Positions 44,937 to 56,200 of a stretch of 64,000 nt of DNA are shown piece after piece. The stretch lies in assembly GCA_047495785.1 (NCBI GenBank), contig JBLDXI010000029.1:248001-312000 (forward strand), given 5' to 3'. Origin of the DNA: Lepidodermella squamata (taxonomy: Eukaryota; Animalia; Gastrotricha). Positions within the stretch are counted from its first letter, which is position 1, and each line of letters opens with the position of its first letter. Position numbers and translations under genes: made by a program. The notes beneath the pieces are model-generated. The model was not told the DNA's origin and did no database searches. It worked only from the letters and a program-made list of their open reading frames with translations.

Positions 44937-47900
44937 TCAACCAACAATTTGCGTGTTCAAGTGCTGGCGGATCACATTCGCGACATCGTAACGGTTCGCC
45001 GCGACAGCCAAATCCAAAGCCGTTAGCCCGCCTCGATTCCGCAGTGAGGTGTTAGCAAGATTGTCCAGCAGCACCTTCACAGTAGCGAGATGGCCTGCTC
45101 GAGCGGCGTAGTGTAGCGCTGTTTCCGATTCGAAATCGGCCACATTGACAAAGGCTCTGCCTTCGATGAGCCGGCGGACGTTCTCAGTCAGCCCCAAACG
45201 AGCAGCCTGCATTAGGGCAACTCGGCCAACTCCACCCGGCTCCCTAGCGTTGACATCAACCCCTCGCTCCAGAAGCAACTGAACTGTATTTGGGTTGTCT
45301 CTTGCAGCGGCTAGATCCAGAGGTCGAACGCCAAAGTTGCCTTCAAGAGCGCTGACGTTAGCCCCGGAGTCTATCAGTAGTTTAACGAGTTCTGTCGGGC
45401 AGGTGTTGATGACAGCCCGATGCAAAGCGGTGGCGTTGCGGATGGGCCAGTTGTCAGTTTGACGAGCGTCTCGCCAGTCGATGCTGACGCGGCGTGAAGC
45501 GATGAGACGGCGCACTTCCGGAGTATCGCATACAGCCGCTGCTTCGCCGAGGCGTTGATTGAGGAGAACAGCTGGTAGCTATCAAAATTAATAAAATTTT
45601 GAAACAGTATTTTAGATTTTAGCCCTATATTTATCGAGCTGAACCTTAAGCTAGTGTACATAGCAATTTTCATGCCAGAACTGCAAGACTGAGCACACTT
45701 TTTTAAGCGCTGATTTAAACGCTGAGGATTGTACTTGCATATAGTTCACAAGGTTCGATGACAATAAAAAGCTAGAATACCCTTTTCATTTTAGTGACAG
45801 TATGACTTTTCGTGATCTATTTACAAGTTATGGCTAAGTTAGAAATTCCAGAGAAAACTCACCGTGTAAAGCTCGAGCAGATTAACCAATGAAGTTTTCT
45901 TCTGACTTTTAGCCAAATCCATCGCTGTTTTTCCAGTCCTAAGCTTCGCATTCGCATTCGCACCACGCTCGAGCAGCACTTTCGCCGCAGATTCGGAACC
46001 CTTGTAAGCCGCTATCATCAACGGCGTGACGCCCTGATTGTTTTTCGCATCTATAACTGCTCCATGATCAAGCAGCGACTGAACAACGTCAGCTCTGTCT
46101 TCCGTCGCAGCGAAATGTAGCGCCGTAGCACCGCCTTTGCTCATTTCCTCGAGTTTTGCGCCCTTGCTCAGCAAAAGTTTGACATTCTCAATGAGTCCTT
46201 GACTTGCAGCCCACATTAAAGCCGTACTCTCGTCTTTCCTGTTTAATTTAGCGTCAACCAAGGCGCCTCTGTCCAACAAGAGCCGAACCGTTGCTGGGTT
46301 AGACCTCGAAGCAGCAAGAATCAAAGGCGTTGCTCCAATTTTCAATTCGCTGGCGTTGATATCCGCGCCATGGTCGAGGAGAAGAGCGATTACTTCTGTT
46401 GGCGCAGTGTTTGCGACGGCTCGGTGGAGCGCTGTCGCATTTTGCAGGGTGCCGTTGTCGGTCACGAGCTGGTTGGCCCAGTTGACATCGGTGAGCTTGC
46501 TGCCTAAAAGACGGCGAACTTCGGCGACGTCGCCCTTAGCGGCCGCTTCGTTTAGAAGCTCGCTATTCAGCAAAATTGTAGCCGAATTCTGCCCCTGAAA
46601 GATACACAACATTAACAAGACCATTTTCATTTTGTTCATCGATCCGCTAGGCAGTTCCCCGTTCCCCCGAAAATCTGGCATAGCACTTTTAGCCAATGCC
46701 CTACTTTATGAAGAAATCAGTTCCAGTTGTAAATTGCTCATCCGCTGGAATGTTTTAGTTTGGCTCGTTTCACCATGCTAATTCTTAATTCTAACCATAA
46801 TACTAAGCCTGATTCTGCAATTTGAATACATCGGGTCTTTTTAACTGGAACGGGAATTTAAACTGGGCCAAATTGTTAATTACTGCCCGAATCGATTTTT
46901 ACGTTAAATGCCAAAGTTGGAAATCAAAAATGGAACAAAAATGCTACTAACTGCTTATCCATCCTATAAGCTTTCAAAATTACCTTGAAATCATCGACAG
47001 ACGGTACTGAGCCCATTGCGGTGGGACCAATTGCTTCGTTCGATGAATCGGTGACGGCTGAGCTTGTCTTTACCTGCTTCACACATTTACCAACACTTGG
47101 ATGCCACGTTGAGCCGATGCGGCAAACAGAACCTGAAGATCCAGCCGCAATTTGATAGTCATCATTGCATTTAACAAGCAAGGCTGAGTAGGTCGGCGTA
47201 AAATCGCTCGTGATCACTTTGCCATCAAAAGGATTAATTGCAACTCCATTTTCGATATTAGGAACAGCGCATTTTCCATCTAGTAAAGTTAATACAAATA
47301 ATTTAATCTGAAAGGGGAAGAGCGTTATTCATGCCTCCGTTTGTGGCCAATTTGAGGTGGTAGTTCAGGCTAGCGACTTCGATGGCGCTCATGCCTTGGG
47401 GATCCAACAGCGTCAGATTTGCCCCTGAGTTGCTAAGAGCCTTAACACAGTCCGCTTTTGCTGAGTAAGCCGAGAAATGGAGTAAAGGCCCCGATTTCGA
47501 AGCATCAGCCAAATCGTAGTGGCATAGTGCCGTATTAACAATAGCTCTCACATCTTTTCTGAGGCTTAGCAGCTGTCTCAGAAATTCGCAATTGCCTTTT
47601 CGAATCGCATAGCACATCGGCGTTTCGTTGTTTTCATCCAAAGCTGTTGCGTCGAACCTCAGAATTGTCAATGGATTGGCAAGAATCGCCAGCATATTCT
47701 GTTCAGCAATTACGTGCCAAGTTGTCTTCACTCCACGCTTCACAGTTCGGTCGAGATCTGCAACTTCGTTTTTCGACGGTGATTTTTCGATGAAAAGATC
47801 GATGAGTTTTTGATTGCCACTTTCAACCGCGGCTTGAAACGGGTGCTTATCGTTCAAGTCTCTCGCGTTCAGATCAGCTCCTGATTCGAGCAATTTTCGA

Positions 47901-48672
47901 GCGATGTCGACCGATTTGAAAGATTTCGACCTTGCAGCGTAGTAAATCGGAGTCTGTCCAGCTTTCGTTCTGGCGTTTACTTCAGCTGAATCGCGAAGAA
48001 GTCGCTCGATGATTCGGAGACTGCCAGCCATAGCGGCAAGATGCAGCGGCCGTTCGCCGTAAACATTTTCAGCGTCGACGTCGCAGCCGACTGTGTCGAT
48101 CAGGAAACCAGCTGTCTTGTCAGAATCGTGCAAAGCAGCGATGTGTAATGGCGTGAAGCCAGACGAGTTCCGAGCGATTTTCAAAGTCTGCAAGTCCAGA
48201 AATTGCAGCTTCAACCCGCTGAGTTGGTCTAGCTTGATCAAGTTTTGAAGATGGTCGACATTGAAGCCGCTGTTGACATGCTCGACGCGCCTTATCTCAT
48301 CAGCTGCCCGCCTGCTGCAAAGTAAGTAAATAGACAGTTGAATTTATAGAGAGAATTATATGAAACCGCGTTTTTTCGCTCGGTTGAAGCTTCGTACAAA
48401 CGTCTACTAAAACACTGAATTCAGAAGCTACTTCGCAGATAATAAATAAACGCTAAAAACGAGTTGTCATTGTAATGGCGTATTATTTCGAAATTAGTGA
48501 GCAAAATGTTGCAAATGAATTTCGAGTTATTGTAATTATAAGTGGGTATCACTGCATCAAAATGAATTTTTATATTTTGATAAGATGAACCTTACCTTCC
48601 ATAGCGAAGAGCTGATGATCTATTGGCCAGCGCAGCAAAAAATACAAGGAATACCAATATTCTAGTCATCAT
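44937..48672 (-). CDS. Gene K: secreted ANK - CCP - ANK - ANK protein
   Basis: Signal exon 48672-48596 (MMTRILVFLVFFAALANRSSA, phase 2). ANK ~48314-47335; CCP ~47279-46984; ANK ~46594-45863 and ~45570-44937. The intron after the first ANK exon appears to be GC-AG. Confidence 0.8.
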
Positions 48673-49305
48673 GATCGCATTTGTGTTGAGCACTGGTAAA
48701 ATGAAGTCGGAGTTGAGGTGATTGTTTACTGTTTGAACTTGCAGATGCCACGCAAACGCATCGCCTGAAGAGTAGCAGCTACGCAAACTGCGTCACCTGC
48801 GCTGTCGAATGGGATATAATTATAAATTAGGATCTAGAATGCAAGGTGTTCATAGCGCCACCGCTGCGCTAAAACCTAGCTATCAGTGTGCGAGCAAGCT
48901 TTTAGCTCCATTAAGGTGTATTATCTTTAATGAGAGCTTTTCATCTTAATTTTGCAAATATTTCATCTTTAGCGTTAACAGACTGTCGTAATTTTAACGC
49001 GGCCGGGTGTTTCTAACGGTGTAAATTTTCAATCGATTACTATATATCAGTTCTTATTCGAGAAATCTGCCTTCCATTTCTTTCTGTCGATCGACTAACA
49101 TAGCGAAGGATCCGAAGGATCGGAATTCGAATGCTTAAATAAATTCATGAAAAATGAGAAAAAAACGATTTTTATTAATTGTGAGGTCATAAAGTTATTT
49201 TGTTCTTGTCATTCGATAAATATGTCGCCAGATAGTCTCGCTCGGAGATCGCAAAGTAAATACAGAATATTTTCAAAATAGCATATCGATTGCAAATATT
49301 TTGTC

Positions 49306-51935
49306 TCAGAGTAAGAGATTGACTATGTCTTCATGGCCAGCTTCTCGAGCCAGGTCCAACGCAGACTTTCCGTCCAGCTTGTGGATCGCTGTGTCAGCCT
49401 TCCGCTCCAGAAGCAGCTTCACAACATCGGTGGCGCCGTAGTAGGCCGCCGACATCAACGGAGTCACGCCTTGGTAGCCTCGCAGATTGATATCAGCGTT
49501 AGCATCCAGAAGAGCAGCTACAATTGCCGCATGGTTGCCTAGAGAAGCACGGTGAAGTGCGCCCATGCCGCTGGCGTCTCTCCAGTCCATGTCCAGGTTA
49601 CCTAGGCTGATCAGAGATTGAACCTCAGCGAGATCGCCATGGCTAGCAGCTGTCGCCAATTGGTGTTGCTTGGCGATAATTTCAGCGTTATCCTCTTCAG
49701 TCTTCACAGGAGCTTCATCGTTCTGAATTTCAACCTCAGGCTCCACTTGCGAGTCCACGTTAGCCATTTTCAAATTGCCAGGCAAATCGCTCGTAGTGAC
49801 ATCGCTAGCTCTCTCGCCAGCGGCGTTGTTCGTCGCCGCATCACCCGAAGCTCTTTCAACCAGCAGTTTCACAACATCGCCAGCTCCAATCTTCATCTCG
49901 TGCACAGCGTCGAACAGCGCATTCACGATGCTCGGCTTTCGGCTCAAAATCGCCTTGTCGATAGCCATGAAGGCGAATTTGTCGCGCTGTGCGAAATCTT
50001 GATTGCCGGGCGCCAGCAGACGGTCAGCGCCGTCCAACGTATCACTCGCTGCTGCGATCAGCGTCTGCGCGTTGTTACAGGTACTGCTGGGTGCGTCTTC
50101 AACGCGCGATCCACGCAACACAACTTTCGGTTCTTCCTCGGCTGCGTCGCTGAGAACCTTGAGAACACAATTCAAATTATCAATTGACATGCGACTTAAA
50201 GTTAGAGCGAAGCAATGCAATATTCAGTGCTAACACCTAACTGAAACCCAGAGGTCCTAGATTTCTTACCGGCATATCAGCGTATTTGTGGAGCAAAGCC
50301 GCAAGCTCAGTCTGTTCGTGCCGCTCGGCGAAACTGATTAGCAGATCGATGGACAGCGAGCTGAGAGCTCCTCGTTCCAGCAGCGTCTTACACACGTCAA
50401 TCGCGACGTAGAACACAGCTTCGTCGAGGGCGGTCGTGCCGTCAGGGCGCCGCAAGTTGATCTGAGCACCGGCATCCAGCAGAGCCGCGACTACGCCGGC
50501 GTTCTTACTAGTAACCGCCTTGTGAAGGGCTGTCATGCCGAGTGAATTTCGCCAGTTGACGTTCAGGCTGCCTGTGGAAAGCAGGTGCTTCACTGCGAAC
50601 AGGTCGCCGCGCTCTGAGGCAAGAACCAATTGCTCCTGAGGGGTTGGTGGCGGAGGCGGCGGTTGCGTTGTTGTGGGAGGCGCCTCAGTCGTGACCTGTT
50701 GAAAAAAATCAAAGCCATAAGAGATTAACGAGCGCCTATGAAATAGAAAATGCAGGAAACCTAGAAAAATCCGGAATACAATCACTACCTCACGAATACA
50801 GCAAATTGAATTTGCCAACAGTGACCTAAAGTGGTATGAGCGGTTTTTACGGAACTTACCATGTAAGCTTCGAGGAGACCAACCAGGCCTATATCGTAAC
50901 CCCGTCGGACTCGGGACTGCGCCTTCAATAACGCTGTCTCCCCATTGTTGGCCACGGCAAACGCATCGGCGCCCTTGTTCGTAAGAACCCAAGCGGCGCC
51001 CAAGCCGTCGTTCGAACTAGCAGCCATCAGTGGCGTCTCGCCATTCGAATCTCGCGCGTTCAAGTCAGCCCCAGCATCGATGAGAAGCTGAACGCCCTCG
51101 ACGTGATTCGCCTCAGCGGCGTAGTGCAGAGCCGTCCGACCCGCGTCGCTCTGCTCTTCGATTCCAGCCTTCCGATCAATGAGAAGCTTCATCACGAGGG
51201 CGTTCTTGTTGGCTGCAGCGATCATAAGAGCAGTTTCGCCTTTTTCTGTGGATCTCGAGTCCAAGTAAGCTCCGTAGGTCGCCAGAAGCTCCGCAACCTC
51301 GTAATTGCCCAGCGAAACAGCGACTTGTAGTGGCGTGAGGCCTTTTAGCGAATCGCGTGACTCAATATCAGCTCCAGCGTCCAGAAGGCACTTGACCAGC
51401 CTCGGCGGGGCGTTGTTGATGACCGCTCTTAGGAGAGCTGTCGCGCCTTTCAGCTGGCCGTTGTCGGTTACGCTTTCATCGCGCCAGTTGACGTCGATTT
51501 GATTTGAAAACACAAGCCGGTGAACCTCGTCCGTGTTCTTGCTGGCTGCGGCTTCGCCAAGCTCGCGGCCCATCGCGTCAAAGTCGACGGGTCGAAGCTC
51601 TGATGGATCAAAGTTCATGGCGCTTTGAAGTAAGATTTGACCAGTGGGCTTCGATTGCCTGGAAAAAGAGCAACCTGCATTATTCCATTTTAAATATAGC
51701 CCACCCCTCGTGAATTGTATACAAAGAAATTCCTAAACATTGAATAGTTATCACTATCCGCACTCATTAAATCTACTTTTTTGCGAATAATTAAAAATTT
51801 CAACGTAAAGTTGATTAATTGAAAATAAGAATTGACTTACCCGCCACCGCATTCTGTTGAAGATCGAATTAATAAAACAAGCACGACATAAAGTTGAAGC
51901 CTCGCTCCACTGATAAGGCACTGCACCGCTCCCAT
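49306..51935 (-). CDS. Gene L: secreted ankyrin-only protein with Pro/Thr linker and one degenerate cassette
   Basis: Signal exon 51935-51841 (MGAVQCLISGARLQLYVVLVLLIRSSTEC, phase 2). ANK exons 51658-50860, ~50696-50271 (VTTEAPPTTTQPPPPPP), ~50157-49306. Confidence 0.8.
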
Positions 51936-53277
51936 TTGTACTGAAAGCTGATGCGGATATCGTAAATTAAGGCCGTAAAACGAGATTAATGTTTATTAGG
52001 TGTAAATTTAAAAAATTGTTTTCATTAATAAAATTGAATTGAAACACATTGCATCGCGTGCTTAACGTGGAAAGGGGGCTAATACGTCGCACGCGATCAG
52101 TTGAGGTGTTGTTTTTATGTTTCTTTTCGAAAAGGCGCAAAAATTCTGTTACCCACGTAATATAATCTAAACAGATGTTATTTTATAACAAAATGTCGCT
52201 GGTTGTTGAAATGACATAATTAAAATTAATCGCGCCAGGATCACGATACAATTTCAGAGAGATATAAAATGACTTGCTCTGAGAGGGCAAAAATCATGTC
52301 AAACGTTGATTCGGTTTCTTAACTATTTTCTGCGGTCAAGATGAGTCAAACGGACGGTTATAAGAAATTGAGCGCGCATCGTTGGCGAATCAATTTCTGA
52401 AATGAACATCATAGGCAAAGTTTCCTGCCTGATGTCATCCTGGCAAGGCGATTGTATCGCGTGATTAACAATAGCATGTTGATTAATACCAATCAATACC
52501 TAGTTATGCAGTTCTTATTTTTTCAATGTTTATTGGAGAACTCCCATTTTACTTCTTTATCCTGTTCTCATCATCTGCATGTCAAATTTTTCCGATCAAT
52601 TAATGCTGGTCAAACTTGGATTACAAATTGTTACACCCTGTCAAGAGCTCGAATGGTAATCAAAGACACGGCTGATTTGCATATGTGGATAATACCCTCG
52701 ATCAATCTGGATAATTTGACGAAAAAACGAGTGTTGTCACTCATTTGAGATTTGATCGCTGAGATTCCTGAACTGGTCGTTAAAAGGTGTTATTTAGGCA
52801 AGCACTGTTTTTTTTATTTCTCCTCGAATTTTCGGGTCGCAAATAATCTAACTTACCTTGAACTTGAAATCCAAAGATTAGAGCTGTATAATAGTTCATT
52901 GCCCAAAAACCAGCTCGGGTGTTTACATTGGCAAATCTTTCGCATCCGCTGCAAAGATTAGATTGAGTTTCCCGAAATTCCGGGGAGACTAAACTAAACC
53001 ACTCAAGTTATCGTAATAAGAACGGAACATCAAACCTATCTGATATTTTGCCATGGAACTTTCATGTAAATCTCAATCCCAACGCAATGCTTCGTCTTTA
53101 AAATCTGTATGCTTGAACTCAACTGAACTAACAAATAAAGCTACATGTAGAAATCATTGTGTGACATCTGTTATTTACTTTTTGAACCTGACACCAATAT
53201 CTATTCGGTCTATTCGGGAAACGCCGAGTCTAATTTTATAGCTTCAGCAGTGATTTGAAACAAATTTGAAGTACACT

Positions 53278-56200
53278 ATGACATTTCTACGATGGACCTT
53301 ACGCTTGAAGCTAGCTTTCCTGTTCATGGCGATACCCGATTGCGTCGTTTTAGCGAATGGCTCGAAAACGTAAGTGAATAAAATATATAATTCGCTTGCC
53401 AACGTTAGCCAACTTGGGAAAATGAAGATTGTTTCTCTAGAATCATCGCTTATTTCGAATGTTATTTTCTCTAGTGGGAAAATTCATGTTGAGGCTGGTG
53501 AGCACTCGCTGGCTTCGTCTTACGACTACGAATCTCTGGCGGCGAAACTTGTCACCAATGAGCCATCACGTGAGCAGGGTCAAAACAGGCTGAATAAACT
53601 CTACAATCAGCACATTCGCTACGACGTATTATCGGCAATCAAACGAGATTACCCCAATGTAAACGATTTGAAGATTGTTACAAACGCATCTGGCCATACA
53701 CCCCTTCATGTAGCAGCATTTTACAGCGCTTTGAAGACAGCTACATTTCTCGTCGATGAAGTTGGTGCCGATATCGAGGCTCGTAACAATCTTGGCGAGC
53801 AGCCAATTCACCTCGCCGCTTCAAATGGCCACCTCAAAATCATCGATTTCCTACTCGAGAAATCTGGCGACGATAAGAAGAAGCAATTTGTGAATGCCGA
53901 AACTTTGAATGGCGAAACACCTTTGCTCTACGCTGTAAAATCTCGTTCGACTCGTGCTGTTGACGTTGCGAAAAGACTTTTAGACCGAGGAGCTGATTCG
54001 AACGTCAGAGACCGCAGTGGCAGCTTTGCTTTCGAAATCGCCCTGGCAAGCAAGAACCAAGCGATGATTAAGCTGTTCTTCCCGGACGAGTCAATGTCAA
54101 GATCGAAGCAGAACGTGAAAACAACGTCGCACGTCATTGCTGAAGAGAACAAAATCGATCATTTGCTGAATAATTTTACAAAACAGTTTTTCAAGGCTGC
54201 CGCTTTGGATGAACATGGCGAGACGCCGCTATGTTACGCGATACGTAAAGGCAACTGCAACTTTTTACGGCTTTTGTTCTCAGTTCGGGAAGACACGAAA
54301 ACTTTGGCCACATCTGACACCTGTTTCTATTCGGCTGATAATCGCGATGTGAAGGCCAAGGGCGTCGTTGATCGGGGCCCACTGGTTCATCTTGCGAGTT
54401 TTCTGCGTAAAACGGAGTGTGCCAAGGTTTTGAAGGAGGCAGGGGCTGATCTTGCAGCTACTGATTCTAGAGGCCGAAATGCTGCGCATGCTATGGCTCT
54501 TCAATCCGATCAGACAATCGATAAACGTTAGTTGGATTCTCAATTTTTTTAAATTCGGCTAAAATACCATGACTTTGCTTGATCATAATTTATAAGTTCT
54601 GTTTGAACATCTTTTGGCATTTTAATCGAAAATTAACAGCTGATGTCGATGAAGAACTGATTAAAATCTTGCTCGACGAGCCGGCCGGTCTTTTCGATGG
54701 CCGCGATCATAACAACCGAACTGTGCTAGCCTTAGCCGCGGAGAAGAACACGCGAGCTTTCGTTGAGGTTCTGTTAAGAGATATCTTTTCGGAAAGCTTC
54801 AGCGACGAAGAACCGAGTAATCATGGCACGATCGCACTGCTTCACGCTATCGCTACACAGCAGGCTGAGATGGTCAAGCTGTTGCTGCCCTACAGGCGTG
54901 AAATTGCAATGTCATTGGATAGTCATGGCCGGTCTCCGTTGTTCAAAGCAGCTCGGTGCGGTGACTCTGGTTCGAAAACCATCGAAGCAATCCTGACACC
55001 CATTTCTTCCGACTCGGAGAAGCTCTCCAAGGCTTTGTCTCTGAAAGACTCGACCGGCAAAACATTGCTCATGCTGGCTGTCGATCGAGATTGCCCAGCT
55101 TTGGTCGACCTTCTTCTCAACAAATTTAACGCACCTTGCGAGGGAAGTTTTGGCAATGTTGGCATTTTCGATTGGGCTAGGCTAGCTGGGTATGAGCAAG
55201 TTTTTCAAGTTATGCAACAGTCTGGCCGGTGCGACAAACCTAATGTTAGCGTTACATCGCAGAGTTTGCGAAAATGTGTGCTAGATGAAGGCGATATGGC
55301 GCAATTCCAAAAATATCAAAGCAGTATGTTTCGAGAATCCATGAAAATTCAACTTTGAATTTTGCCTTTATTATGTATTATAGTTCAATCTTCTAAGCCG
55401 AAAAAAGTTTCCAATGGACTGATTGAATACTCCCCGAAGAGCGATGACAGCTGCTCTGATATCGGAACCATAACTTGTGACGCAGGATTTTCGCTGATTG
55501 GTCCAAGCTCGGTTAAGTATTCAATAGAAGATGGATCCTGGATGGTAGAGGGCCAATGCCTTGCGGCTTGTAGCGACGAGATTCCTTCAGTTCCCAACTC
55601 TGAGATGGCCGAGCCTGATAAGCCGTTTGTTCACGGCACAGTTGTTTCTTTCAAGTGCATGGAACCATTGGTCTTAGAAGGCCCTGCTGCTATCGTTTGC
55701 CAGAGGAATGGCACTTGGTCTCAGCCTGGCAGCTGTGTTGAATCTAATTTAGGTAGAAATTACTAGCTAAATCGAAATTTGATCTTGAATTGCTGAATTA
55801 CTATATAATATCAGACTGTGGCGAGGTTCCGGCAATTCCGAATGGTTTGGTTGATGATGGCTCAGTGACTACCCCGGGAAGCATAGTCGCAGTTTCCTGT
55901 AACGATGGCTACGAACTGCATGGAGCTGACTTCGTTGCATGCTCGAACAACGGCAGCTGGTCAAAGCCTGGAATCTGCAGCCCAAAAGGTAATAGCTCTC
56001 AAAGTTCGAAAAATGATCACACGAAAATTCTCAAGCGCTCATCAATTCCAATTGAGTCCCAGTATTTCGATTGAACCATGTGCAATTCTAAATTAGATAT
56101 TTTGAGGTCGACGAAAATTCTAGTAATTTATTCTTGAATAGGTTCATGTCTAGTTCCAGAGGTTTCGAACGGTGTTTTGCTGGACCTTCATACTGGCCAA

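Noticed and set aside
54540-54640. Hydrophobic stretches at ORF ends (also ~36016-36096 and ~33774-33824) as transmembrane helices
   Set aside because: They lie outside the exon boundaries and are translations of T-rich intron sequence.
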